Of a stretch of 64,000 nt of DNA, positions 26,201 through 39,800 are shown in pieces. Made by a program: the position numbers and the translations under genes. The notes beneath the pieces are model-generated. The model was not told the DNA's origin and searched no databases. It was given only the letters and a program-made list of their open reading frames with translations. Origin of the DNA: Zancudomyces culisetae HAW-14-8 (Eukaryota; Fungi; Kickxellomycota); NCBI GenBank assembly GCA_052426225.1, contig JBNJNM010000023.1, positions 930,001-994,000 on the forward strand, written 5' to 3'. The number at the start of each line of letters is the position of its first letter. Positions within the stretch are counted from its first letter, which is position 1.

Positions 26201-29200
26201 ATGCTTATAGGGAATCTGAATTAGATTTATAAAATTAAAATTATGCTTTGTAATAATGGTAGTAATTGTGGTGGTGGCGAGGTAAATTTGAAACATCATA
26301 ACATTAATAGACGGAAAGTTCAAATCGGATCATAAACGCTTCAATATAACTATTTTGATAAAATGTTCATCAATTTTCTATAATGTAATTATCTCTCATC
26401 TTTTTATTACCCAAAAACACTATATCCTTTATGGTAGGTTAAACAATTAACAAACCACTAACGTCCACCGCGTTGTAAAAGTGAAGTTAGTGTTAAAAGG
26501 GTGCGATGTTTTCATACCAAATTTAAAACATGAGCTACTGCAATGATTGACAAAGCTGGATAAGTAATACAATAGCTATCAAGTGTAGCAAATAGTTTTC
26601 TTTAACGGCTGGGGGGGGGTTATTGAAAGGTGTGGTCGCGTTCTATATTTTAAATGCTCAGCAGCACCTTTTAATTAAATTAGCCATACAAGCAGGTGTA
26701 TTTGTAAAAAGCACGATATGTTTCTGAAAAACTGAAACTTGGGATATGATTCTGTCGAAAGGATCATAGAGTTTGTTTTGGGTGAAAAAGTGATGACAAC
26801 TAAACCGAAAAAAATAAAAATAAAACATACACACAGAATAGTTCGTTAAAAGTTCTCGAATTTTTACAAAAGGATGATAAAGAATGCCATTAAACAGAAC
26901 AAGCAAGATATTAAAACAATATTTAATGATTAGTACACATTTATTTTTATTAAAAAAACTATTACATGATAAATGAAGATTTAATTTGAAAAATGTTATG
27001 TTACACTTGTAAGACTTCTTTATGAATAATTATTACATATGGTATACCAATAAAAGTTCTATTCGCCGACTTGTGCTTTTTTCCACGTATAAAATTAACT
27101 ATTGCAATAATTTCAGGTTTTTCCGAAATAATTACAAATTTACCCATTATCTACAACCAGCACGTATGATATACCTTCTTTTTGGGTTTCATGTAGTGTT
27201 CTGTATTTAAAAATTATATGTATTAGTAATATTCAAAATCAGATTAAGGATAGATTATAAATATGGTAAAATCTAGCCGAAGCTCTTATCTTGAATACCA
27301 GAATTTATGACTAATAAGAGAAAATCAAAAAAATAAAGAGTTTATATATTTGTAGGGCAACGATATTAGGTGATGATTTACCATTTAATTCCATTTCAAG
27401 TAAAAAGTGGATAATATAGGAAATGAAACTTTACATCTGTGTCAAGTTTCAAATAAGGATATATTGCTATAAATCATAAAGTTCACAACAATAACATACG
27501 CCGTACCTCCATTTCTACAAGTGGACCATTCATCTCACAGTTACATATTTAGTTCAAAAATATATGGTTTCATCTGGCTTTCTTTTATTCCAAACAGCAT
27601 AATAACATTTTTGCCTTTTCTCAGTGTATCTACCTTTATTGGTGCACTGAAAATACATCTTCACAAAATTGCTACAAGCTGAATGGCGATAAATCTGTAT
27701 TCCTCTGCTTAAGAGGGGGGGGAGGGGGGGGCAGCTCACTCAAAAAGTTTTACAGCTCAAAGGGCTTATAACCGGAGTTTACAAACCATTTAATTGGATA
27801 GCAAGATTATGATTTAATCTATATTTGGATTTTGGATAGTTATGTTTTAAAAATGTTTGCGCATTCTATTGCGTACCAACGTACTTTGACAAATAGATTG
27901 TATAAACACTGTAAACATAAAAAATTTACATGATAATTTTGGACTAACACAAACCGGAGAGGATAAAAAATTAAAGCAAAAAAACTAGTGGCAATTGAAA
28001 AAAACCCTATTATATACACGGCTTGTTATGTAAAAAATTGCTGATAATGATTAACACAAAACAGGGAATAAATCTTGCAAATCAAAAAGATGTGCAAATC
28101 GGGTAAGAGAGGAGGGGGGGATGAGCCAAATAATCAAATTCATTTTACCAATATCCTAGTTTGGATACACCTACCAATAAAAATTTTCTAGCTTTGGTAC
28201 CTCTCCTCTTATATAAGAGATCTGCAAAATAGTTACATCTCGAAAAATACTACACATACCAATCACAGGATCTCTTCATTTGTGTATTCACCAAATTTAC
28301 AAGTGTGATTGAATATACAATATACAATATACACTATAAACTATACAACTGTTTTTTATTGGTCTAGTCTAGAAATGCTTGACTGATACTGATAGGAATT
28401 TCTTAAAATTTTTAAATGTTTATATCAGCCTGCAATGTTTCAAAAAACATAACAATTGAAACCAGCATATGGGTTGTCTTCATTAATTGTAAATTACAAG
28501 CAATTAAAATCACTGATTTGCATATATCCCACAGGGGCGTGAAGTTGAGTTTAGTTGATGCCTTGTTCTAGGGGTAGGTTTAACGGAAAAATACAACACA
28601 AGTGCTCAAACTATATTTACAGACACGTAGTAATACTATCGTTCACAATTAATACAGTTATGGTTGTGGGAATATGATGCGCCAATAATTGATCTCATAT
28701 GTACTTACAACCCCCAGAATGTACTACTTACGTTAGCTAAAGTATGTACTGACTAGTAGGACATGTAGCATAGTCAAAAAGTGACTGTCGGATCGACTTG
28801 CGAATACGACGTATTTACAGAAAGCTGACGTTTCACACAATATAATTGTGATTGAAGTTTCTATCATCTTACAAAGAGGTAGTGATTTTGAAAAGAACTC
28901 ATACTACTTTTGCCGAGTAATTAGCTTACTGTTATTTTTGCAAAATACTTCATATGTAGGACTTAATTTTTTCAATATACACATTCCTTCCGAATTTCTA
29001 TGTAAAATCTTTGGATGCTTATGTTTTTTTTTTTAAAAAAAAATTTGGAAATGAGGGTGTAAAAGGGGTAGCCTCAGAAAAAAAAAATTTTTTCTTGGAT
29101 AGGTGTTGCAGGTCACTATCGGATTTGGGTTTACATAAATGACTGCAAGGAAAGCAAAATTCGAAAAATTTGTGCGCTTTTTTGTAGATGGTTACAAATC

Positions 29201-30626
29201 TGTTTACACTCAGTTTAGTATACCCTTAATAAACAAATATAAATGACTTGTCATTTCCCAAAAATCAAACCAGGCATTACAATATATTGTGCAATGAGAT
29301 GTATTGATACCTTTTTTTTTGCCGTTTAAGATTGTTTTAAAAATCATGCGTAATTAATAAAGCAAATTCTATGGAAATCCAAACTAATTATTGAAGGTAT
29401 CTATTGGTGCATTGTAAATCTATTAAGACTTAAAATAGCAGAAATTATAGCGCAATTTATAATGAAAATAAAAACATAACTATTATTAATCGAAAGTTTA
29501 CAGATACCAATTACCAAATTTCAGTCAATATTCTGCCAGGAGCTGTACCTAAGGAAAAAATAATCCCATTAGGGTTGCCAAAAAAAAATTGGTATAAGAC
29601 TCCATTTCTGTACTTCGTAAATAAACTCCATTGGTTATTTGCACCTGTACTACAACCACTTAAGGAGCATTTTTTTTAAAAAATATTAAGGATTTTGCTA
29701 ACTTGATGGATTGCTAGCTTACAAAAAAAAAAAATCAAATGGTCAATTGCAACTTTTGATTGAACTCAATTTAAAAGACACACAAATCCAAATAATTTTC
29801 ATGGCTCAATGCATTTCCCTGATAACTTAAAAATATATATAAACATAGAAAACTAAATTGTGTACTTGTAAACTTCTACATATAAAAGGATAGGTAGACC
29901 TACACTCAAGTTTATAAGATATTTACACAGCTATAACTATATACAAGTTATACCAGCATCTATCTTGAAGCTATTTTGGCCTTTGTGGATAGGAGTTGTT
30001 TTTCATGATTATAATGTAGAGTTGATCATACAACGCTACAAACTATATGAATAAGATCTGTATAATATTACATGCTTGAAGCGTATACCTGATATCTTTA
30101 AACTGTAAGTACTTTAGCATTTATTCTTATTGCAGCTATTTAGCTTGTGGGTTTAGAATTGCGCAGGGGTTTGTGCTCAAAGATGGTTAGCTATGCGTAA
30201 AAATATAAAACTATTCACAGGATTATGTGCAAACCATCACTTGTTTATTGTAATGTTGTTCTACCCTCAAGAACGCAATGAAGAGGAAGTAAGTGGATAG
30301 ATGGGTGAATGGATAGGTTTCTTTTAGTATGACAGTTAAGAATATTTACAATACAATCCTAGCTCTTAGAGTTTCATACCAATACACTTTTAAGATTGAA
30401 TCAAAAGAATTTTCAATGTTATATGCAGCTCTTGTAGTTTCTGTAATCGATTGATATCCTTGTATCGTCAACTTTGCTGCGCATACACATTATACTTGTT
30501 GGGAGATCCTGATACTCAAAATTAAAAGTTCACGAGAAATCAAAACTTAATATAATTATTTTCATGTACCTATTAGGATAAAGATATATTACTAGTAGGA
30601 TAACAGGATAACAGTAGATCCATTTT

Positions 30627-31772
30627 ATGAAAAACAAAAAAAAAACGGAAAAGAGAAAACGGAAAAGAGAAGAAATGAGCAAAAAAATGTTTGTAGACGA
30701 CCCAGAGGAAGACTACTACATGGAGTCTTACTATACTGATGGGTCAATTGGAACTAGCATTCAGGCATCACCCTCTATAAGTAGTGAAACAAAATTTCGA
30801 CATTGGGAGCCTAAAGAGGGGTTTCTAAAAAGAATGGATAAACAACAAAAAACTGCACAAAGCTTTCAGGACGAAATGTGGAATCTACCCGATGAAGAGT
30901 TTTACGAAAAAATGCGAATCAATAAACCTACATTTGTTATTGTAGAAAATCTGATAAGAAAAGATTCTGTGTTTTTGAACGATTCTAAAAATTCGCAAAT
31001 AGACGTTAGATTTCAGTTATTTGTAGCATTAATAAGACTAGGCTCAGGTGAGAAGAAAGCTGCAATAAGCAATGTTGCAAAAGAAACAGGAATCGCAAAT
31101 GGAACAGTGTCATTGTATACAGAGCGAGTACTCACGGCATTGAATAACGTTTTTGAGAGTTATATTTTCTGGCCTGGTGAAAACGAGCGAAAAGAAATTT
31201 CAAGTGGAATCTATAATGAGTATGTAATACCAAATTGTATAGGAATACTAGATATGGTGTACATTTACTTTACACAACGGCCTGCAATCTCAAAAGAAGA
31301 GTATACAGTTGGTAATAATAAATATGGTGTCAGTGCACTTGTAATTTGTGATGATAGAAACTACATTAGACATATTACAACACTACATCCTGGTGCGGGA
31401 TCGCCAGAACTTATATGGAAAAGGTCAAAGTTTTACATAAACCCAGAAAGGTATTTTAACAGTGGTGAGTTTCTGGCTTACTCTAGTGATTATATTCCGG
31501 ACGATAACTTGAAAAAATACGAATCTATCAGACTGAATCCCAACTCTTATGGCTACGAAACTAGTCTACAATCATCTGTGGTTGATAAGCATTTAGAAAC
31601 AATAAGAGCTTGGAAATCAAGATGGGGATCCTTAATTAAAATGAAAAAACAAATCAAAAAAAGCGAGGACTTCAAAAAAGTTGAAGTGTGGATAAGAGCG
31701 ACCGCAGTACTACATAACATTGCATGTGAGCACGAGGGACGCTGGACTGGAAGCATTCCTGATGACGCTTAA
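30627..31772 (+). CDS. PIF/Harbinger transposase-derived protein (DDE_Tnp_4, HARBI1/ALP1-like) with a degenerate catalytic triad; start is 30627 or 30675
   Basis: EEFYEKMRINKPTF, QLFVALIRLG, GIANGTVSLYTERV, YIFWPGENERKEIS, IPNCIGILD, VICDDRNYIR, HPG, PERYFNSGEFL, KSRWGSL and WIRATAVLHN are colinear with the Harbinger transposase family. The ORF is uninterrupted. Confidence 0.85.
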   Translation: MKNKKKTEKRKRKREEMSKKMFVDDPEEDYYMESYYTDGSIGTSIQASPSISSETKFRHWEPKEGFLKRMDKQQKTAQSFQDEMWNLPDEEFYEKMRINKPTFVIVENLIRKDSVFLNDSKNSQIDVRFQLFVALIRLGSGEKKAAISNVAKETGIANGTVSLYTERVLTALNNVFESYIFWPGENERKEISSGIYNEYVIPNCIGILDMVYIYFTQRPAISKEEYTVGNNKYGVSALVICDDRNYIRHITTLHPGAGSPELIWKRSKFYINPERYFNSGEFLAYSSDYIPDDNLKKYESIRLNPNSYGYETSLQSSVVDKHLETIRAWKSRWGSLIKMKKQIKKSEDFKKVEVWIRATAVLHNIACEHEGRWTGSIPDDA

Positions 31773-33306
31773 GAAAAAAAGAAAAAAGAGTTATTCCACA
31801 CCAGACGTTTTCAATTAACGAGACATTTGTGATATTAATGTAATTTCATAATTCCACGATGTAAACAAAGGTTAAAAAAAAATCCTTTTTTTGCGTGCCT
31901 AATTATTCTCAACCTTCACATCTACTGCATTGAACCTGTTATAAATAATCTATTCATTCCGACGCTTTTTTTCCCATAGAAATTCACTGTCGGTATTTTT
32001 TTACTCAAACAATATAGTTTATGTTAATTTTTCAATGTATACTACCATTACCTCCATTTTCAATAAACTATCTCGGCAATATGTATAATCATGACCCATG
32101 AGATGCAGTGTTTACATGTTAGTGGCAATTATCAGCAAAATCACGACATATGCTCTAGATTGGCGATTCATACGATTCCAATGCCAAATTTCACTATTAT
32201 CTTGGTGATTGAGAGAAAGGTGAGGAAACTAGGAAAGATGGCTAAATTATACTTTTCTCAAAGTTGACTTGGATGTAAAATTTATAACAGAAAAAGTAAT
32301 AATGTTAATTTTGAATTTTCCGATTATATAAAGTTCTAGAACATTTCACTTGATTGCTACCACACATGATGTTTTTTTTAGAAAAAGATTGAAAAATGAA
32401 ATATGAAGATTTCTAGATCATAGGAGTGAATGCTGTGGCAAACATTCAAGTAAAAAGGTCTGCATTTTATATAAATGCAAGGTATTATTGGTTTAAGAAA
32501 AAAAACTACAAATTAATGTATATCTGCTAATAACTTGTTTTGCTTATATGCAAAGAGAATCAAAATTGTGTGAAGCATAAAATGAGGATAGGTGTTAATT
32601 ACATTACAAGTGCACGAAAGACTGAACTGTCTTTTATTTTTGCAAAAAAAAAATTCAGTTAATATGGGCAGTTAACAATATGAAACTACCAAAATTGTTT
32701 AGTGGGTACGGTACGAGTTCAGTTTATCCACACGAATTGGCAGCAATAGCTTGGTCGCATTTAATTGCTAGTGATTGTGTGCCAATCCGTGTCACAAGTG
32801 TTTGATTTAAAGTTATGTTTGGGTTGATTTAACTTCAAATAATTCCAGGTTTGATCTTAACCTCTAGAAAAAAATAGATATACGACACACTTTGGCGGTT
32901 AATATATAAGTGAAATCCAATTGCTAAAAATACAACAAAGTCAAGTACAGTAAATAAAACAAAATTTATACAAAATTTTCCCCTAAACTACCGACTTGAG
33001 CCGTACTCAAACGATATAGACTTGAAATGAGACACAGAAGAAATAATTAGATAGTTGTTGCGAAGAACTATTTTCTTTGTAGCTTTTATTAAATATATCA
33101 ACAAGCAAATAGAAAAAGGATCAAATAATTGCAAAATTTTTGGTTTATTCTCTTTAAAAACTTTGTTCTTGTATTTGAATTTTAATTAAAAGTCAATCTT
33201 TCACAATAATTTGCATTAAAACATACGTATTTTAACAACATCGACTAACAAAAAAAAACACAAATGTTAATGTATAAATTTAAATAAAAGCAAAATTTTG
33301 TCGTAA

Positions 33307-33380
33307 GCCTGGCTGGCGCAATTGGATAGCGCATATGACTTCTAATCATAAGGTTGCGGGTTCGACCCCCGCGTCAGGTT
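33307..33380 (+). tRNA. tRNA-Arg (anticodon UCU), intronless
   Basis: Cloverleaf: acceptor GCCTGGC/GTCAGGT, D arm GCGC..GCGC, anticodon arm TATGA-CTTCTAA-TCATA (TCT at 33341-33343), T arm GCGGG-TTCGACC-CCCGC. A T-run follows, consistent with a Pol III terminator. Confidence 0.95.
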
Positions 33381-33779
33381 TTCACTTTTGCTGTGCGTTG
33401 ATTTTTTTTAAAATGTTTGTCGCAATCATTTATCATCACTTGCCAAAAAAAAAAATTTTTTTTGTTTTTTAAAATCACTTTATCAATGTGAAAACCACAA
33501 AGCTTTTTTCTATTACAAGAATCGAAGGCTTTTGGTAGAGGTGATGTATAATCGTAATGGCGAGACTTTTAAAAAAACACTTCAGCACACACAAGGTGTT
33601 TTATTATCTAGTTACATTTCTTCTCGGACATTATGATATCCAATTTATTTTTATAAATACATAAGCTGAAAGTAGAGTTAAACCGATGGTAGGAAATATT
33701 TTACAATGATCAAAGTTTTTACTAAAACAGGTGAATACACCCAGATAAAAAAATGCATACAACTGCAACACGAGGGCAA

Positions 33780-33984
33780 ATGTAAATAGCTGATCTTCAG
33801 AATCTTGTCAGGCGAATTTCTCTTCCTCTATACCAGTTAAAGAGAAAAGTTACCAACAGTTACCAGACTCAAAAAGCTATTCTTCCAGCTCAGTCAAGTC
33901 CTCTCCAGGAAAGCAGGGTATATCTCTTCCATTTATCAAAAAATCTCCACACTGGGAGACTATGCTGTCCATAATATGTGCCAT
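33780..33984 (-). pseudogene. Possible decayed retrotransposon gag-like fragment
   Basis: MAHIMDS..GRDIPCFPGEDLTELEE*LFE..SLTGIEEEKF, with stops and a probable frameshift. Loosely resembles the FxGxxxxxxxEWL gag motif if the TAG derives from TGG. Confidence 0.25.
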
Positions 33985-36900
33985 TGTGAATATACTTCCA
34001 AACCGCCAATCCTTTCTATGTCTACTAGGATTCGTGTATTTTCCAGTGAGCAGCGTTTCTTCCCAAAAAATATGAAAATTGAACCTGGCTGAAATGTGTT
34101 TTAAGGCCAAAGCGGGTCCAAATAGTAGTGCTAGTGACAAAAAAAACTCTTTGTATTTGTATAATGTGTGCCCAAACGTAAAAAAATTACGAGTTCTAGA
34201 GCCTAGTGATTATAGTGATTGCAATAGCGAACCAGTTAGCGAACATCCAGGTACAAGTAATACAAAAAAATACACTAAATAGTGTTCAGTGTAGAGAAAT
34301 ACATATCTCTGACTCTAGTCAATCAATTATGAGTAGTATAAGCACACCTGTATGAACATTTTGAACTTACGATTATGCCTCTTCAAGAGTAGCCGAGTAT
34401 GTTATGAGAAGCGGTATCTACCTTAGTAGGTTCCTTATAAAACTCTTTGTTTTTTCAACTTATTGCGAGTATAAGGCGACGCACAGCTTGTCAAGACGTG
34501 TATCTTTGTTGGTGATGCTGGTATTCCAGGCTTCCTTGTATGATTTTTGATTTCTGCTTTGAGGGCTCAAAGTGGTTTGATTCAATATATTTGCCTATAT
34601 GAGCCAATTTATATTTCCCTTCCTGGAAGTTTTTTTAAACTTTCTTTTTTCAATCTTGCTATTGCGTTTAATTAAATAAAACGAACCGTGGAAAAAGGGT
34701 ATGAGGAAAAAAAAAAACTACGATCTAGGTGGCTCTTTTATATCTGATTTGGGAATTAATTAACATTAGTACATTTTGAATTTCAAAACATAGCAATGTA
34801 CATGTCATAGGCATAGTTTTAGAGAATTACCTTTCATTTCCCTTTTTTTTGTAGAAAAAAACTGCGCAATACAGAGAAAACTTGGAGGTTTCATTTATTA
34901 TAGCATATTAGTTAAGTGATATAGATATATTGTTCATCATGAATCCCATAATAAAATCCTGCATTCTCATGTATTTAACTCACTCAAAAATAACCTATGC
35001 GTTCTCCATTGGCTGCGAGAAAGATAGTCTAACCGGTTTCTAACTGAGCAATTCTATTTGTATTCGTATCAATAGCCAATCAGTTAATAATGATTTTGTC
35101 TCCTCATCACATTAATAATTTTCAGTATTTTGAACACTGTTAAATCAGCACTTGTATTACCGAACTGTGACTTTATGGTTGCATGAGCAATTTATTTAAT
35201 TAACACATATAGAGTGCCCTAGTAATTCGAACACCCTTACTAAGTTAGTTCTCCAAGTATTGGGTTTGTTGGCATTTTTTTTCTTTGTATTTGTAAATTT
35301 TTTTCGATGGAGTCATATTCACCAAAGTTAAAAATAAGCGGAAAGTGGTAAATCACCGAGCCTGAAATTTAACGTTTAAGCACATTTTAAAGAGATAATG
35401 GTCATACAATATTTTGAACCATTCTCATGCTACTAGCAGATTGCCTACTATAACCTAAAACTGTTCAAGGATATCTAGATCCAAAAACTCCATAAAAAGA
35501 ATAGTCTTTTTTTCAAATGGCCATGAATTATGAGGTCTATTTATTTTTGTTAGATGAATTTATTAAACAAATCACAAAAAATTGAGGTCTAAATCGAGTT
35601 TAAAAACACAAATCAACTTTGGGTGTTAACTAGAAAAGCATAACGATATTTTTTTTTTAGAATCAACATGACACCACAAACACTTCTATGTTAGAAAAAA
35701 TCGAAAAGTGGCCTTGTTTGAAGCTAACTTTTGTATGTTGCAACATGTTAGTGGTACAGCAACACCTTCCCTCCCCTTCTAAAAAAAAAAGAGAAGGAAA
35801 GAAGAAAAGCAGTGAGAGCAAAAATAGGATTACAAGCTACAAGTTACAAAGTAGGAGTGGGAATTATGCAAAGATTTTGGTGACGATGGTTGTGATGACA
35901 ACACTAGCAATCGTGGTATATTTGCTTGAAGTTCACATGTCAAAGCTGACAAATAGTTGGGCTGTAATTTAACATCATTTCCAGTATTTTCAATTTGTTT
36001 GTACTTTAAGTACGCAATTTTTCGCCAATAAAACTGTTGAAATAGGTTCCAATTAAGTTTGTTTTAGATGCAAATGGTGATGTTGTGTATTTGCAGCTAT
36101 TCTTTGTAACACTTGAAAGAACACTTTTTTTTAAAAAAAAAACGCAATTGCAAAAATTGGAAGCAGGGGAAAGAAAAAAGAGCATGAATCAAAAACAAAT
36201 ATAATTGAACATATGTAAATTCTATACTAGTTAATATACCACAAAATATGAAAAACTAGGCGCCAACTTATAACGTGTGCCTGTAGAGCATTAAATACCA
36301 ATGGCCAATCCTTGTACCTGGATCACAGTTTTCAAGTATATATAGTATACTAATGCATTTGCCGTTTCTATAATCGATCTCACTGTTAATTCGCTTTAAG
36401 TTGGAGCACACGCCCATTATTTGCCTTTATCTTTTGTGCACATGACACAACATTACTTGCCAGAATAATTTTAATTAGACGCATTTTATTAACACTAGCA
36501 TTTTTTTCTTTTATCATCAGTTCTTTTTGAAGTAAATAACATGACTTGTCAAAATAGAGGAGCAAAACAAAAATAGTTATTCCGGAATTCACGAGTCCAT
36601 ATGTAGAAGCCAATGTGAATGATATTGTAGTAATTATACTCAGGATTCTCGGTTTGTAACAAGTTTTGTAGTACTCTGAACACTTGTATTAGTCTCAACA
36701 TTTTACAACTGGAAAAATTATCGTAAGAGAAATAAACTCGGATGATTCTTACTAGGTTTTTATGTAGTGCTACCTACATGTAGTGCCCAAAGCTTGTTGA
36801 ATTAAATGAAGTTTAATGCTTTCGAAGGGCTTTCCCATTATCTAAACTATAGTTATTATTTGTTATGATCCCAGACAGTTGAGTGAAAAATTATATCACA

Positions 36901-39579
36901 TTTACCCAAACAGGCTCTCGGAAAAATACCAAAAACAGATAGAGCATCAATGCTTGCAAAATAAATGAAAAAACAAAACCAGTAGTTTTGTAAACACTAT
37001 TGCTTTAAAATCAGGTGATCACTTTCAAGTAGTTCGGTTTTTTTATTTGGTTTATATTCCGAAAGATATATCCAATAAAGAGCTAGATCACCACACTTGG
37101 GTTAATTTAAAAGGACTAATAATGTGTTATTGTTCATCTTTTTTTATTTATAAAAAGAGTGAGGGCAGGCAAAAGAACGTCGTTAATAATGTATTATTTG
37201 TATGTAATAGAGGAGAAACCTGGCGCACACATTAGCCAAAATCCGGTTCCCCTATGTTTTATAAACGCAATGACAAATCAGCAACTCGAAAACAAAAAAT
37301 AACAGTCAGATAAGATGAATATATCTAACATATGAACACCTAATTTCCAATACTCGGCATTGAGGCACAAGTAAAAGAAACATTTAATTTATTTGATTGT
37401 TAGTCATTTACATAACTTCCACCATTCAACTCATCAGCTAATCCCCTGAACTTTAATAAATACTAGCATACAGAACAATTCCCACTTTACATTCATGCTT
37501 TAATTTACTAGTTGAATGATTGAGTTGTTCAAGTCACTTTGGTTTGATTTTCGAAACTTTTGACTATTTTTTATTTGTTTTGGCTAGTTTTATTGATTCA
37601 TTTGATTTTAATACTTTTATAATTTCTCTCACTTAGGGATGAAACGTGAAAATATACTAGGTTGGGCCTTGTGCTACATTGTTTAATTAAAATAATGTCA
37701 TTAATGAGGTCAACATATGATGTTGTAAGTTTTTTTTAAAACTTTTTTCTATCTTTCCCTTCTCTCACTATCATCATTTGTCTTTTTCTATTTTCAAGTA
37801 AAAGTTCTATGATAGCTAATATACCATCAGTACAGTGAATAATTCGGAGATATAAAAAGTGCGCTAGTTCACAATAAAACAACTATTTTTTTATCGCTAT
37901 ACATCTAGCCAATAGTTCTAGTTTGTGGAATGATTCACTGGGAAGTTTCGAATTCCAAAATCTAGTATATACAAGAAAGCTCCATGTGAAAAAAGAGTTA
38001 AAGATCAATTTGATCAGACAAATTATCTTGAAGAAACTTGTTTTATCTACCTATCTCATGCATCTGGTTCTGAAAGTTTGCATGGTGTTGTGAAAAAAAA
38101 GGAGTAAACACTTGAGTGTAAAGCAAAAATGAGGATGGCAGAGGTGGGCTTGTTTCTGGAAATGACAAAGAAAGAGACCAAATTGTGAATAAAATGTATC
38201 AAATATCAGATGATAGCGTCAAGGTTTAGGGCGGTTTAATACTAGTGTACTCATACCTAAAAATTTTTCTTTTTTCTTTTTTCTTTTGACTTTTGAAACA
38301 GTGCGTAGACAAAAAAAAAGTTATCAAGGGGATATACTGGGAATACCCTGCTTTCCAATATTGTATTTTTTCTTTTATTCATAAAACAGCACTATTTCCG
38401 GAATTATGGTTTTGCTACCCGCGTGTATCAACCTACTTACCTGAAAGGTGGTTAAACACACAGTAAAGTACTAAGGATGTTGCTGACTTGTTGTTTTAGG
38501 TATTCGCTATCCTGTTGCTTGCTACAAAAAGTAAGCTGTTTTAAGTATTCGCATATAAATTAATCTAGAGAGGCTCAAAGTAATATACAAACCCGACAAT
38601 ACATTATAGCGTGTAAAATGACATCTTTGGAATTTTCAAGCAATAAAACTAGATATCGATAGTATAATAGAGTTTGCAAAGCGTGTTGCAGTTTTAACTC
38701 TTGCTAAAAATGCCAAAAGCCATAAGGGTACAGTGTGGTAATCATAATACTATCAACTGTTCGATGGATCGTTTTCGATGCTAAGGATACTAGACAAAAG
38801 TGTTTGTGTAGGATCTTTTTCTATCTGACTTTTCTTTGTTTTTTTTTGCACAAGGGAGAAAAGAAGGAGATTAGAGGTGCCAAAGCAGAGGGTATGAACA
38901 TAGTTGCAAGGCCCGTTGTGGAATTAAATTGTAAAGACGAGTTCAAAGATATATATGGTTTCGTAGTATAGATAAATCCAGGAGATACGAAGTGAAAGTC
39001 ACTAAATTTAGAATTATACGTTCTGTACTTTCACGGGGTGGTGAAGGGGGGAGGGGGGGGGGGGTAAATAAAAGTAGATAGTTCAAAGTAAGCTTGACTT
39101 TTTTTTTATAAAAAAGCTGTGGTGTTTAATTAAGCCATAATTGAATGCAAATCAAAATAATTGTATATGATGATCAGATTTGCGTAAAAAAGGGCCGAGC
39201 AAAAAAAAAAAACACAAGATCAGGATACTCTGGTTCAGGTTGAAACTCAACAGGTATAAGCACGCCTCTAATTTTTAACCAGTAATCAGTGTGATAGACC
39301 AAGAATGAAGTCTTTGGTATGACTTTTTATAAAAAGAAAAGAGCAAAAAACAAGAATCAGACCAAAAAAAGGAGAAAAAGTTGCAGCATGAAGAGCGACT
39401 GGGAAAGCTATAAAGCGTAGGAATGAGACGCATGTAGTACCAGCAATTGGTATTCTCCTATTGTCAGCCTAGACTGATGGTTGATTCGTGTTTTAAGCGA
39501 AGTTTACGTTATGGGGTTGATGAAAGCATTGGACATGGTGTATTTTGCGGTCAAGTGGAGAAGGGGGAAACTGGAAAAA

Positions 39580-39800
39580 AGATAAGTGGGCTGTTAATAT
39601 AACTTTGCGGTAATTGAGTACAGGAGGATGTTTAGATAAATAGCAATGGTAAAAAAAAGGACAATGGGAAAGGGTGTTGGAAAAAGAAAGCTGCTTATCT
39701 AAAGTGTTTAGATAAGAATGGGGGAGTTAGGGAGAGGAGGTCAAGTTGATATTGGTTTTGAAACCAAATTACGTAATTTTAGCTGCTAGTTAAAAGATAA
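39580..39800 (+). promoter_or_regulatory. GATA (HGATAR) site cluster including a perfect inverted pair, upstream of alanine aminotransferase
   Basis: CTTATCTAAA-GTG-TTTAGATAAG at 39694-39716, plus AGATAA at ~39580, ~39634 and ~39794. Confidence 0.45.

Noticed and set aside
26577-26592. ATCAAGTGTAG, resembling the U2 snRNA branch-recognition region
   Set aside because: No GTAGTATCTG continuation and no U2 5' stem.
29500-33000. Active Harbinger transposon around the 30627 ORF
   Set aside because: I found no TIRs, target-site duplication or Myb/SANT ORF by eye, and the catalytic residues appear degenerate.
34866-34880. CAATACAGAGAA, resembling the U6 snRNA ACAGAGA box
   Set aside because: The flanks do not continue into GATTAGCA or the U6 internal stem-loop.
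37695-38110. Mini-exon MSLMRSTYDV|GTAAGT followed by ~60-codon open stretches
   Set aside because: I could not build a consistent spliced frame or recognise a product. It may be a decayed gene.
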